DNA of 64,000 bases from Diplonema japonicum (taxonomy: Eukaryota; Protista; Euglenozoa: Diplonemea), in NCBI GenBank assembly GCA_964019335.1, contig OZ025735.1:310001-374000 (forward strand), given 5' to 3'. Under the pieces are notes generated by a model. That model was given only the letters and a program-made list of their open reading frames with translations. It made no database searches and was not told the DNA's origin. This document shows positions 46,801 through 60,501 of this stretch, one piece after another. Each line of letters starts with the position of its first letter. The first letter of the stretch is position 1. Both the position numbers and the translations under genes were made by a program.

Positions 46801-49800
46801 AAGAGGCGAGGCTCGCGGCAGAGCAGGAAGAAGCGGCGAATGCGAAGGGAAAGAAGCCTGCTGCAAAGAAAGGTGCTCCAGTGCAGGAGGTGGAACCGCC
46901 TGTAGTCGAGGACAAAACACCGTTGGGGCGGTTCAAAAAGCAGTACCCATCTGTCATGAGGGAAGTATTGGCTCATAGCAGCGTGCACACAGTAACGTTT
47001 CTGAATGACAACGAGACGACTGTGCAGGAGATGATCAACGGCCTGATCTCCAGCGACAGACTGCCCGCACCCAACGTGCTGTCCCAAACGTCTGCTGAAG
47101 ACGACATGTCCATGGTACCCCCGCCAGTGACGTACCTAAGGGTTGAGAAGCCGAAGCAGAAAGAAGTCAAGACCTGCCCGTGGTTCCAAATCCTCAGCCC
47201 CCCTGTGGTCGAAAAAGTACAAGAAGCCGTGCCTGCACAGAAGGGTAAAGGCAAAGGTGCAGAAGCGGAACAGGAGGTTGTGCAGAAGCCCATGCCGACC
47301 CGATGGGTGCTTCAGGAAGGCGAGTCCGTGAAACTGTCGTTGAGGTTTTGTGCTGGTGCGATGCTGGAGGATGGTTTTGAAGAGCTCATTGAATTTGGTG
47401 TCGTGGGCTCGAAGCAGGTCATCCCTCTGAGATGCCAAGCCACAAGTGTCTATCCTGATATCGTGCGCGACCCGCGACTCACCTTTTCTTCTCGTCGATC
47501 CATCAAGAAGGGTGCGTTTGACTTTGGTCCTCTTCTTGTGAAGGAGAAAATCGAGTCGGGCGACAAGACAGGCAAGAACGTGAAGAAGATGTCGATCCAC
47601 AAAGAGCCCGACGGGAACATCGAGACACTGAAGATACAGAACAACTCACCGTTCGAGTCACAAGTGACATGGACCTTCGACCCTCCTGACATGAGAACCT
47701 TCGTAGTCTTCCCTTCGACGATGAAACTCGAACCGGGCGACTGCCAGAAGATCAAAGTGACGGCTTCACCGGAGGCAGCGGGAACGCATGACTGCATGCT
47801 GGTCGGTTTGGTGAAGGATAACCCGGTGCCTGTTACATTTAACCTGACATGCGTGGGATGTTTGCCTGAGGTTGACTTGTCCGGTTGTGAAGACACACCG
47901 GAGGGCAAGGTCATTGACTTTGGAAAGCTCCTCCTAGAGAGCTCACAGAGTGAAGACCTCACCATCACCAACTCTACACCCGTGCCCCTGAAGTGGGAGC
48001 TTATTGACTCGACAGACGTGACCAAGAAACTTCGTCCTGAGTTCACCATTGAAGTCATGCACAAGGAGAAGGACAAGGCTCCGAAGCATGAGGACCCTTT
48101 AATTTCTCGAGGCCGTCTCGATCCCAAGGGTGGCAAAGACAAGGAAACTATTCGCATGACTTTTAGCGCACCCAAGGCAGACGTCATCAAGTGTGACCTC
48201 ACGCTGCTCATCAAAGATGACGTGGAGGGCATCGTTATCCAGTCCATCCCGCTAAAACTACTTGCGGAGGCTTATGACCTGTACTTGGAAGCAACCGAGG
48301 AACTCGTGCTTGGCAAGAACGGACTTGTTAAAGTAGGCATGCAGCATAAGGGGCAGCTAAAGCTGTGCAACAGGGGAAAGTACCCGTTCTCTTACGAAAT
48401 ATTCATGAAAAAGAAATACCAGCCGCTCTTCCACCTGGAGCCGTCATCCGGGGTGCTGCGGCCGAAGGAACCACCACTTATCGTGGATGTGATATTCGAG
48501 TCGAAAAACGAAGTGTTCTTCCGTGACACAAGTAGGGCAGAGTTCGAAGTCGGGATCTACCAAGACTCAGAGCCTGGCCAGGGCGCCGTAGTGGGGACGA
48601 AGCCTGTCTACGTGGAGGTCGAGGCTCGCACGCTGAAGTTCCAGGTTGTCCCCTCTCACGGGCTGAACTTCGGTCCTTGCCTGTGCAATGATAAAAAGAA
48701 GATGCCGTTGGATATCCTAAACAACGGGCCCTTCGACCTGAAGTTCCGTCTTTACGACATGTCTCAGGGGGTACCCGACCAGTCGGCCACACCTGACCCT
48801 GCTGATAAGAAGGGAAAGAAGCCTGCCAAGGGTGGTGCACCATCGGGTTCTGACCTTGAAATCGGTGCTTTCAAGGTCACACCATTCGAAGGTGTTGTGT
48901 CTCCCGGTGACTCACGCGAAGTGCTGGTCCTCTTGGATCCGAAGGGTGCTGCTTCTCAGGTATTCATGGAGAAGCTTGGTGTATTCATTGAGGACTGCAA
49001 CCCCGATGAATCTCCTGAACCGCTAGCGTTGGAAGGTGAGAGCTGCGTGCCTGGTATCACGGCGGACTTAGGCTCTGCAGAGAGCGAGATGATCTTCGAA
49101 GAACAGCAAATCGTAACAAAGCTGGACTTGTCGAGGAAGTTGCGCTCTGTGTTCGCAAAGGAGGATCGCGTCTTCTCCTTCGGGTCCATCATCACGCACC
49201 AGGCAGTACAGGAATCGTTCCGCATCAGTAACCCTTTCACTGTACCCTGCACTGTTACCACAGCTGTGAGGAAACGAGGTGAATCAGAGGGTGCGGTTGC
49301 AGCCATGTCTGCCTTCGAGGTTGCGTGGGTCGCTTTACCTGGGCAGGTGGAGACCGATGACGCGCAGTCGATCAGCATCCCGCCGCACGAGTACCGCTAC
49401 GCAAAGGTGAGCTTCACTCCAACAGAACTGAGAAGCTACTTTGCACTATTCGAGGCTGCTGTCAAGGACGGCACTGACCCGAAGACGAAAGAGCTGCTCT
49501 TTGAAATACGAGGCGACGGTTCACTCCCACAAGTGCAGGTCGAGCTGCAGCCGCCACCCCCTCCGCGTGTATCTGCGGAACCAACACAAACAGACGCCAA
49601 GGGGAAGCCAGGGAAGCCCGCATCAACGCCACAACCCACAAAGTACCCGCCCAACACATTGGTGTTCTACCGCACGATTGTGGGGAAGAGGACCAACAGG
49701 TACGTCACGATCACGAATGTTGGAGATCTTCTTGCCGAGTTCAAGTTCTCGATGCCGAGAAACAGCGAGCCATTCGCTTTCCCTGCGAGGAACAGCGCGT

Positions 49801-52800
49801 ACGAGCTGCAACCAGGTGCCTCTGACAGCTACCCTGTGTACTTTGAGCCAAAGCAGAGCGGGAACTTCGAAACAAAGATCACCATGTCACTGAAGGACAA
49901 CTCATTTGAGGACACGACCATCACGCTGCTTGGGGAGGCCTTTGAAGAGGAGGTCGTATTCGAGGGCTTGGACGAGGGGTGCGACAACTTCATGACGCTC
50001 GCGGACTGCGGTGTAAACGCCCCGACGCAGAAGACGTTCACTCTAGAAAGCCACTGCAAAGATGTGCTGAGGTACCAGTGGGTGCGCGAAGGAAATCCTG
50101 GGGAGGATAAGTTCACCGTGTTGCCATCGGCAGGACACATCATGCCGGGCAAGACAAAAGAGATCACCGTAAGCTTCCTCAGCTCCGAACCCGAAGACCT
50201 TCAGAAGGTGAAACTCACGATGAAGACATGGAAGGTTTCACTTGCAAAACAAACAGCAACCGTATGGGATTCGAGCCTGACTTCAGTAAGATGGGAACAG
50301 GACATCACACCCCCCAGCACTCCCAAGGAGGTGCTTGAGGAGGAGAAAATACCAGAAAAGGTTCAGGAGAAGGGAAAACCAGGCAAGGGGAAGAAAGATG
50401 CCGGTAAGGCAACACCGGAACCGGAAGAAGTCAGGGAGCCAACTCCCGAGTCTATTCTGTCAGCTGAGCAGACCTCGCTGCTTCAAAAGGAGAAGGAGCT
50501 TGAGAGGAAGCGAAGACCTTTGAAGAAGGTGACCGAGCCCACCGCGGAACCTGCCTTTACCTACATTGACGATGAAAAGACGCCGAAGGTGAAAAACCTG
50601 TTCATCAAAGCGGTGTGCGACTACGCCACGTGGGAGCTGCAAGCTGATGCTGAGGGCCACTCGCTGATAGAGACAGGTGTGCGCTTCGCTACCACGAAAC
50701 TGTTCCAGACCAGGACGATCCCCATCGTGTTGAAGAACACCGGGAAGATCTCTTTGGAATGCATCTGGAAGATGCTCAACAAGAGCGGCGAGATCGTGAA
50801 CACGGAGGAGTCGAGCACCTTCGCCATCGAACCCGACTACTGCAAGATCCCTCCTGGGAGCAGCTCCTCTTTCAGGCTGGCATACGCCCCGCTCGACACC
50901 GACCCCCATTCGGCGATCCTGCGGGGGTGCATTCCTAACGTGAAGAATGAAGGGGACAAGCAGGCACCACAGCCGAAGATTGCACTGAGCGGAGTGGCTG
51001 AGTGTCCATTGGTGCACTTCGACCTAACCGAGAGCGACTACCTAATAGCAGGGAGGAGGAACCCTGAGCTTAGCACTCCGCATGCAAGGTTTATCGACAA
51101 GACTGCAAAGGTTATTGAGTTTGCCTGCTCTGGTGTTAAAGTGCGGACCACGAGGCGATTCTTCATCCTAAACCCTACCAACATGTCGTATGAGTACGAG
51201 TGGACGGATGTCCCTGATGGGAGCAAGCAATTCATCTGCCAGACGCCTAAAGGCGTCGTGCACAGCGGGAAGAAAGCCGAGATGGTGTTTGAGTTCACCG
51301 CCGACAAGCTGGACTTGAAAGAGGCCTTCTGGGACCTACGCATTGGCGGCAGGGCAGGCGAGAACTTCTTCAAACCCATCACCGTGCCCTTCTTGATGGT
51401 TGGCAGGACGACTGAACCAAACATCCTCCTCAGCCCTACAAGGGTCAACTACAACCAGGTCCTATTGGGGGCGAAGTCCAAAAAGACCTTGCAGCTCTCC
51501 AACAGCGAACCCATTCCGTTCGCCTTTAACTTCGTAGTGGGGAGAGGTGTTGTGTCTGTCAGCCCCATGAGCGGTTCCATCCCTGCACATTCCTCTTTAC
51601 CCGTCGAGGTATGCTTCTCACCGTCGTCGGAGGAGGCGTACAATTGCAACATCGTGTGCAACGTGAAGAAGAAGACGAACCCACTGACATGCAACATCAA
51701 GGGTGAAGGCTACTCCATCCATGAGTCGCTCGTCATCAAGAACAGTGACGGTTCTACACAGCTGCTCACCGCGGGTGCTGTGAATACGGTTGATTTTGGC
51801 AGAGTGCACATTAACTCTAACGTCAACAGGCAGCTCATCATCTCGAACTCCGGAAAGCTCCACTTCGACTACAAGTGGTCCCGCCCGCCTTCTTCCGCCG
51901 TCAACTTGTCCAATGAGATCGACACGGTGGCACGGAACGGGAAGTCGGTGTGCGAACTCACCTTCAACCCCACAAGAGTGTGCAACATCGAGAACTACCG
52001 CATGGTCTGCAAGATCACGAACGGTGCATCGTACACCTTGCAGATGCAGGGTACAGGCGTGCAGCCCAACGTGCATTTCAGCGTCACAAAGATTGACTTC
52101 GCGGCGCAATTCATCCACATCCCCGGGAAGCATGCTCAGCCCAAGAAACACGTTCTGCAGATCACGAATCAGGACAAAACAGACATCTCGTATGAATGCA
52201 ACACGGAGCCGCCGGCCTGGCTTGAAGTGGACGCCACGCCTAGTGTTCTAGCGAAGAACGGTTCGAAAGAGGGTGGTGTGTACACCGACAGACGTGAGGT
52301 CGTCTTCACGTTCAAGCCCCTTGAAGCAGGCAAGGTCGATGCTGTGATCCCCTTCGAGATCAACGGCATGTTCACAGTCAACGTGCACGTCTTCGGCGAG
52401 GGTACCATCCCCAAGGTGGAGCTTGCCGCTGGCCAACCCAACACCATCAGCTTCGGTTCCGTGCGTGCGGGCGACGTGAAGCTCATCCCTGTCAAGGTGC
52501 AATGCAAGTCGAAGATACCAACGCCCTTCAGCTTCAAGGACTGCTTCCCCCCAGAGCTCGACAAGAACCTCATCACCATCTCTCCCTCTGACATGATCAT
52601 CTTGAAACCGAGGGAGATACGTACCGTGGAGTTCCGGTTCAAACCCCCGCTTGGGATGCGCCTTGCGCCCTTCAACTACAACATAGAAGCCGAGGTATAG
52701 AACTAAGATTTAAAAAAGAGAAAAAGAAATGATTTTAACAAATATACAGATTGCAAGTCAGAAACGACACTTCCTTACGCTGATGGGCAGCAGCATAGGA

Positions 52801-54868
52801 ATGGAGGTGCACTTGGACCAGAAAACACTGTCTTTTGGAACTGTGGTTCAAGGCACGAAGCAGTCGAGGAAAGCGCTTATCATGAACACAGGCGATGTGC
52901 CTGTTACGTACCAGTGGCCAGAACTTGACGGGAGCGGGTACAGCGTGTCGCAAAACACGGGGTTCATGCTGCCCCACTCAGAGCAGTCGTGTGAGATTAC
53001 GTTCGCACCATCGGCCCCCATGCCGGAGTCGCACAGGGAGCTCAGCTTGAAGATAATCGACGCGACGGTGACACCGAACCTTGTGAAGGTGATACCCATC
53101 TCGCTGGTGGGAGTGTGCAGCAAGCGGCCTGCTGTGGCGGAGGAGCAGACCTTCAAGTGCCCAGTGAGGGACACCACAAAGAACATCATCAAGATAACAA
53201 ACAACACAGCGGAAGAATGGGTTCTGTCGCCTGCATTAGACACGAAGAGCTGGGTGGTACCTGAGAAGGTGACTGTCTTGGCGAATTCCTCTCACGACAT
53301 GGAGGTGATGTACGCACCACTGGTGATGACAAAGACGAGCCAGAAGGGCGACAAGGAGTACGACAAGGGAACGCTGTTCCTGCCGATCCCCACAGGGGAC
53401 CCGAAGCAAATGATGCACAGTTTGATAGGCGAGGCAGCACCTCCCAGCGCAGAGGATGAAATTGAAGAGAGCGTGACAGCCAAGACATCGCACACCTTGC
53501 TTCTCTTGGTACGAAACTGGCTTCCGACATCACAGCGATTCACCGTAGTCAGGGATTTCATGATCATCCCACCGAGCGGATCGCCCATTCCCATCGACTG
53601 CTCCATCAATGTCAATGGAGCGAACACCATCGACGTGCCTCCGCACTCACAGCGTAACTACAAGCTGGCGTTGATATCCTACAAGGAGTGTAAGATCAAG
53701 GGCACCGTCAGGTTTGTCAGCGATGCGACCAAGGAGTACCTTTACTTCAACGTCTCGTTCAACATAAAAGCACCGAAGGACCTCAGAACCATCAGCATCA
53801 AGACGCCTGCTAGACAGGTCATGACGGAAGATATCTACATAGAGAATCCTCTTGACAAGCTGGTCGTTCTTGAGGTTTCAAGTACCGGTGCACCAGGGGA
53901 GCTCACGCACCCTGACAAGCTCAGCGTGGAGCCACGGTCTGCAGGGAGGCTTGGGCTGGAGTACCTTCCGTTGGTTCCTGGGCAGGAAAAACAGGCCAAG
54001 TTGTTGTTGAAGTATGACCAACAAAAACAAAAAAAAAAAAACAAAAAAAAAAAAAATAGATCCCCAGACTTAGGGGAGTTCCCTTACACGTTGAACCTCA
54101 CACCGCTGCCGTCTGTGCCTGAGAAAAGCTTGAGGTTCACAGCTCCTTTGGGGCAAGCACAGCAGCTTACTGTTAGGTTGCGAAGCTTGGCAAAGTATGA
54201 GAATTTTCTTTTTTTAAAAAAAATCCCCCTCAGGACGCCTTGCGATTTTACGTGTAAATTTGCTGATCCTAAATCTCCATTCACGAAATCTCAGCCTGTT
54301 ATGGTGGTGAAGGCCGCAGCATCTACGAAGCCAGACGGGGAAGAGTTTTCTTTCGATGTGACATTCGAGCCGTGCAAATTCGGAGAAGCGCGGGATGTTC
54401 TGGAGGTTTCTTCTCCTGTAGGCGGGACCTACTTCCTCACTCTCCTAGGGAACTGTGCCATGCCGCAGAGGCAAGGGCCTTATGAGTGCAGGAGTGGGCA
54501 GGCCAAGGTCATCCCGTTCAAGAACGTCTTCCCAGACACCGCAGTTTTCGCCTTCGCCACAGATCTACCCTCCTTTACGCTGTCCAAAGCCTCTGAGAGC
54601 ATTCCTTCTAAGAAAGATGTCGGTGTTCAGGTCACCTACAAAGCCAGCCCGGACGACCCCCCCGTTGCCAAGGCGAAGGTATCTCAGAAAAAAAAGTTTT
54701 AAAAGAAAAATATCATTTCAGCTTACCGTTACTTGCCAAACAGAAGCTTCTGGTGCCCCTATCAGTTGGGTTTATTACCTTAGGTATGTTCGGGTTAAAA
54801 GAATGGGGAGGGCGAGAAAAAACGATTTTTTTTTCTTTTTTTTCTTCTACAGTGGTGTTGGTGCATGA
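40872..54868 (+). CDS. HYDIN: Hydin, axonemal central-pair protein, ~4580 aa
   Basis: Many ASH/PapD-like repeats (lDFG.V...l.l.N.g) and a central adenylate-kinase-like P-loop GAPLSGKTT. Exons 40872-52694, 52750-54011, 54060-54194, 54234-54678, 54722-54783, 54853-54868. Confidence 0.93.
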
Positions 54869-55196
54869 GTTAGTCAGTCCGTATTTCTTTTTTTAATTTG
54901 AATAAATTGCCCCGTTTCCCCCCGCTTCGGGAGAGAAAATCTATTTTCTCCCCCCCCCCCTCTGTTTATTAATAGTATTGTTATTGTCCCCCCCCCCCCC
55001 CTCGTTCTTTTACATTAGAAAACCAAAAAAGGACGGGGAGGGTGAGGAGGTGTGGAGGGGGGAGAGAGAGAGAGAGACGGTGGGGTGTGTGTAACATAAT
55101 TAATTTCTTTTAAAAAAAACCCCCCACCCCCCCCCCCACACACACGCATCTCCTCCCCCCTTTTTTTTTTCTTTTTGAAAAAAAAAATACCAAAAA

Positions 55197-56346
55197 ATGG
55201 CAACCAAGAAACCATTGAACGTGCAGAGCGCGAAAGTAAAGCTAAACGAGCTGTTTATACACTGGCTGACACTACCAGAGGCTCAGGATCTGGTTGGAAA
55301 GCTAGACAAAATAGGAGTAGAAGGTGGCGAAATACTATTAGACCTAGATGGAACGGGCGGCAATGGATTAGGCACAAGCCCGGTTATTGCATTAGAAAGG
55401 GTCGGGTTGGGTGAGAGCGTGGGACATGGCAATCTGAGTTTTACATCACCACCTAGGAGTCCAAGAGCAAGCCCGAGTCATAACTCGGTGAGACATTCAA
55501 ATTCACTTGCCTCGCCATTGGTGGACGAGCTTGATGCTGCTCATAGGCAAGGTGCCATGAGCCCCCATGGGTCACCACGTGCCACACGGCTGGCAAGCCC
55601 TGAAAATCTTGCAGTGGCACCAACGTCCCCTTTGCGCGGGCCGAAGATCAATTTAGGCTCACCCGCGCAATCTTTGACTGTTGCGGAGTCGCCTTTCGCG
55701 TCGGCATCACTGAACTCTTCCACCTCATCCCTTCCTAGCGATGCGCATGGCAACCCTGCTAGGTTGGCAACCGCCTTTGCTCAAATGCAAGACCAGCAAA
55801 ATCTTCCTCCGTTGAACCTACCACCATCTGGAAAGACGACGTCCCCATCGCTACAGCCGCTTGAACACCCTGCCATCAAAAAGAAGCTGACAGGTGAGCC
55901 CCGAGTACAGATCCCAACATTCTACTTCCCGAAAGGAAAACCGCAGCCAGCCGACGAGTCCGACAAGGAGATCCAACTGTTGCGGAAAATGTTTGAATCT
56001 AAGAAAGTGGCCTCGAAGACAAACCCAAGGCCGCGGAGGGATAAGGCAACGGCCAAGTATGACAAGCTGCTCAAGGTGAAGGATTTCGCGGACATCACGA
56101 AAAAAGTCTGCCAGCTGCCGCGGTGGATGAACGATCTCCTGTTCAAAAGGGTGATGTGCTACGACCCCGGGCTGGCGAATTACAACAAGGAAAAGGAGCG
56201 GGAGTGCGCGATCCACCCTGCCAACAGTACGGTGACCTACCAAAAGTTCATGGAATTCTACGAGAGGGAGATGGCAGGGAAATCAAGGGAACGGAGGCTG
56301 TTCGACGCCATCAAATGGGATAAGAAACGCGACATAATCGAGGTAC

Positions 56347-56381
<35 letters not shown>

Positions 56382-57307
56382 AACAGAAATCCGATCTTCG
56401 ACCGTTGGTTGAGGAAGTTCTTCTCGTCCACCCGGGGCTGGAGTTTTTAAAGTCCACCCCCGACTTTCAAGAACGGTACGCGGACACGGTACAGGTTCGA
56501 ATAATTTTCAGCAGCACCAATTCGGAAGATTCCACCATTTCATGGGCGGACTTCCTGTCAAGCTCCCTGCACGACGTCCTCCACATTCTTGACGAGGAAA
56601 CAGATATCAATGTTAGCCAAAAAACCGAATTCTTCAGCTACGAGCACTTCTACGTGCTGTACTGCAAATTCTGGGAGCTGGACACGGACCACGATTTCTA
56701 CATATCGAGGGACGACCTTGCGAAGTACGGGCTCTACTCCCTCACAAATAACATTGTAGACAGAGTGTTCAGCGGCAAGGGCCGACCGTTGAGGTCAGAT
56801 ATTGTCGGTCTCATGAATTATGAAGATTTCGTTTGGTTTTGCTTATGTGAAGAGGACAAGACAACGAGCAGATCTCTCGATTATTGGTTCCGATGCACCG
56901 ATCTAGACGACGACGGTGTGATTTCTGGATACGAAATCGGGCATTTCTTCCAAGAGCAAAAGCAGCGGATGGAGTCCAGCTACCAAGAGACAATTGCTTA
57001 CGACGATATTCTCTGTCAGATGATGGACATGATAGCCCCTGCCAGAAGAGACGGATTGCGGCGTTCTGACATCAAGTCATGCAGGCTGTCGGGGAACTTC
57101 TTTAACGCTCTCTTCAACCTAACCAAGTTCATTGCGTTTGAGCAGAGGGATCCCTTCATGGCGCATGCTGAGAAACAGCTTCCTGAGAAAACGTATGGGA
57201 AGGGGTGAGGAGGGGAAAAAAAAAAAAAAAAAAAAAAAAAAGTGATTGGGACCGATTTGCCAAGATAGAGTATGACAGAATGTCACATGAAGCCGGTGAA
57301 CAGGTTT

Positions 57308-57353
<46 letters not shown>

Positions 57354-57400
57354 AGGAAGATGTGTCTGAGGATTTCGGGATGAGTTATAACGGGGGGTAG
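55197..57400 (+). CDS. PPP2R3: PP2A regulatory subunit B'' (EF-hand)
   Basis: KLNELF..WL, IPTFYFP.GKP, HPGLEFL..TP.FQ.RY, FSYEHFYV.YCKFWELDTDHD, EEDK. Exons 55197-56342, 56387-57192, 57243-57303, 57356-57400. Confidence 0.93.
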
Positions 57401-58451
57401 ATGAGGGAACGAAATATATATTAAAAAAAAAAAAGAACAAGTGTTGCTATTGTTGTTTTTTTTTTTCTCTTTTTTTCTCCCCCCCTTTTTTTTCGTACGG
57501 TTTGTTCTTTTGATTCAAATTCCTCAAAAAAAGGAGGGAAAAAAGAGGGGGAGAGAATTATTCGTAGTCGCAAAATCTCCAATCTCCTTAGTCTCATCTT
57601 TTTCATCTAATAGATACGGTGGAGGGGGGGGGGGGTATAAGATAGCAAAACAACAACCGAGAAAGCAAAAGATCTATGAGGTATGGAGTGTCTCACTCTC
57701 TCACCCCCTCTTTTTTTTAGATTCCCCCCCCCCCCCCCCCCTCCCCTTTCACACTTATACGTTCCTTTTTTTCTATCGGTGTTGTCTTTCCCCGCCCCTT
57801 TCTCCACCCTCTTTTTTTTTTTTATAGAAATAGTAAACATTGATCTTCCCAATCCCCATTTTTCATTCCCGTTTTTCTTTTTTTTTTTGAGTACTGTAAA
57901 AAGAAAAGAGAAAATAAAGAGAGAGCATGACCTTTTTTTTTTAAAAATTATTCGAATGCAACTTTTTTAAGCAGAACAAAAAAAAATAAGAAAATGAAGA
58001 TAACCAGGGCACACAATTAATTAAGATAGGAGAGGGGGGGGGGGGGGGGGGGGGGATGAAATTCACCTTATATTTGTTAGTTTCCTCTTCATTTCATAAA
58101 CAAGCCGCAGGACATACTGTTTTTTTTCTTCTTCTTTCTTTTTTCTTTTTTTCTTTTTTATACGAAAAAGTTCACTTTTCTCGCATATCGAATGGTTGGA
58201 AAAAAAAAAAGCTTCAAAAAAAAAAAAAAAAAAAAAACGAAAAAGAAAAAGAAAATAGTACCCCCCCCCTTTCCCCCCCAACAACAAGATCTTTTTTTTT
58301 TTTAACTTCGCCCACACTTTTCCTTTTTTTTTTCTCCCCCCTTTTTTTTTATGACACCGAAAACCATTTTTTAATAATTCGGCAAAAAAAAGAATAACAA
58401 TAATAAGTGGGGGGGGGGGGGAAGAAGGAAAAAAAAGGAAAAAAAAAGGAA

Positions 58452-60431
58452 ATGACCTTCCAAAAAGAAGGATCACTCGTGGCATGGCTGGAAGATATAG
58501 TAAGAACCACGGCGGGGCCGTATGGCAAGGCAGCGGCGATAGAGTCAAGCATTGTGAGTTTAACAAAAGTAAGCGGAGAAGCAATGCGACAGATTGTCGA
58601 ATGGCTGAAGGTACCCAACGTTGGGGAGAACACAATCGCAAGGAGGCTGGTAAACAGCCAGCACCCGTTCACAAAACTGTGGGCTCAAACCGTGAAAGGC
58701 ACAAGAGATGCAGGGTGGCTTCTCCTGTGGGTCTCGCTTTACATCATAAAATGGGGCGGCCGCATGGAAAAAAATACTCTTCTTTGGACACCACCCATCA
58801 TCGACCTATCCTCCACACTGTGCAAAGAGTGGTGCAAAAAATTTCTATTTTCACCTGAGAACACAGTTAAAATCAACGTGCAGAACGTAAAACAGCTTCT
58901 GTCAATAGCAATGAACACAGTGTCTCCAAACACAATTCTAGACATGTCAAAGCAAAGCATTGCCGTCTTTTCCTCAAAAATCGTTCGGGGTTTTCTCGCC
59001 GCTCTTAACGAGCAAACCAACACCCTCGACCCTTGTTGCATCCGATGCCTCAAGGTCAAAAACCAAAACCCCGACCTCTCCTGCTCCGAGGTACTGGACG
59101 GTGTTCTAATCGACTGGCCTCTTCCCGCGGAGTTCCTAATGTACGCACCAGGGGGGAAGATCATCGATCAAAACGGAAAGGTTGCATTATACGACCTGTG
59201 CTTAGAACCCGACGTGGGTGAAACCCCGGGCGCGGAGGTGAAAATTCAAAGCGTGTCGCAAAAGGATGCGTTTCGGAACCTCAAGAAGCTTCTTGTAGCG
59301 ATGAGAGGCAATGGTGTCACGGTGCTGGCTTCGCAGAAAACAATACACCGGTCTGCTAGAATCTGGCTGTGCAAACATGGGATCTTACCGTTGGAAAGAC
59401 TGTCGAATCGTCACATCGACGCGGTTCGGCTGGCGACGGGAGCAGCGTTGATCACAAGCGGCAGTGTCGCAGCATTGCAGCAAAGCACCATGGGGAGGGT
59501 CACATCCATAACGGAGACAACGTTGAACGGGAAGAAGTTCATCAAGATCACGGGGCCCAGCCAACATGTTTCCACCGTTGTGTTGAAACACCCGCACACC
59601 AATGTTCTAGAGGAAGCGGAGCGTATTGTCACACGAGCGATATCATCCCTCGTGGGGTACATGCGCAGTTCTGTTGCGTCTCCTGGTGCCGGGGTCACCG
59701 AACTCCTCCTCGCCAGACATTTGGAAATCCGTTCAAAGTACATTGAACACGCAACGAGCGGCGTTGTGGCGAAGCTTTCCAAACCCATGAGAGAGACCGT
59801 GCAGGCCGTTGCAAAAACGCTTTCAAACGGGCTTCGTGAATGGGTCTCGATCGTCACATGCGTTGCCTCGAAAGATCTTCGCGACATCGAGCTTCGCAAT
59901 GCGATTGACAAACAAGATGAAATAGACAACATAGCCTCTGATATGGGAATTGACCCTTTCATCGCAAAACGGTTTAATATAAACCCGTTGAAGCTTGGGA
60001 AGCAACGAACAGTCAGCCGGGAAAACGGGCAAACCATGAGGGAGGTTTCCGCGACTCTGTTGAGCAGAAGTGACCGCACGACGCACATGGTGACGGGCGT
60101 TACACGGTTGCATGGATGCCGACCTCCGCCCGGTTCTGTGTTCCGTTGCCTCACCACTGTTGTTCCCGGAGCTGAACGGGGTGCTGCTGTTCGACACGAA
60201 GCAGCTCCCTCTTTGTGCAAAACGTACGTTTCGCACCGTTCTGAATGTCCGGAAACGATGACGGACGTCTGCAGCAGAGGGGATGGGGGCGAGCTTCTTC
60301 CAGGCGATCTCAGCGACGGGATGTTCCCTGTCTTCGACAGTACTGACGCGAAGTACCAAGCCATCTGCAGCGGTTTGGACATCAGCGTCATGCTGCTTCG
60401 CACGAACGACATTGTAATCGATACGACTTAA
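58452..60431 (+). CDS. MKKS: Divergent group II chaperonin-like protein, MKKS/BBS6-like
   Basis: RTTAGPYG, HPFTKL, VLASQKTIH....WL..HGI..LERL......V..ATGA, PGAG.TE..LA.HL, D...AK..AI..G. The GDGTT motif is degenerate, as in BBS chaperonin-like proteins. Confidence 0.7.
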   Translation: MTFQKEGSLVAWLEDIVRTTAGPYGKAAAIESSIVSLTKVSGEAMRQIVEWLKVPNVGENTIARRLVNSQHPFTKLWAQTVKGTRDAGWLLLWVSLYIIKWGGRMEKNTLLWTPPIIDLSSTLCKEWCKKFLFSPENTVKINVQNVKQLLSIAMNTVSPNTILDMSKQSIAVFSSKIVRGFLAALNEQTNTLDPCCIRCLKVKNQNPDLSCSEVLDGVLIDWPLPAEFLMYAPGGKIIDQNGKVALYDLCLEPDVGETPGAEVKIQSVSQKDAFRNLKKLLVAMRGNGVTVLASQKTIHRSARIWLCKHGILPLERLSNRHIDAVRLATGAALITSGSVAALQQSTMGRVTSITETTLNGKKFIKITGPSQHVSTVVLKHPHTNVLEEAERIVTRAISSLVGYMRSSVASPGAGVTELLLARHLEIRSKYIEHATSGVVAKLSKPMRETVQAVAKTLSNGLREWVSIVTCVASKDLRDIELRNAIDKQDEIDNIASDMGIDPFIAKRFNINPLKLGKQRTVSRENGQTMREVSATLLSRSDRTTHMVTGVTRLHGCRPPPGSVFRCLTTVVPGAERGAAVRHEAAPSLCKTYVSHRSECPETMTDVCSRGDGGELLPGDLSDGMFPVFDSTDAKYQAICSGLDISVMLLRTNDIVIDTT

Positions 60432-60501
60432 GAGCGAGGGGGTGTTGGGCTCTTTTTTTTCTTCTCTTCTTGCTGAACCTTCCCTCGCTAGGAAAACAAA
60501 T

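Noticed and set aside
52695-52749. Apparent split genes, frameshifts or stop readthrough (Hydin, ProRS, PP2A, ERGIC3, adenylation enzyme, F-box)
   Set aside because: Each break is resolved by a short GT-AG intron that restores frame and conserved motifs. No recoding, alternative genetic code or non-canonical intron is needed.
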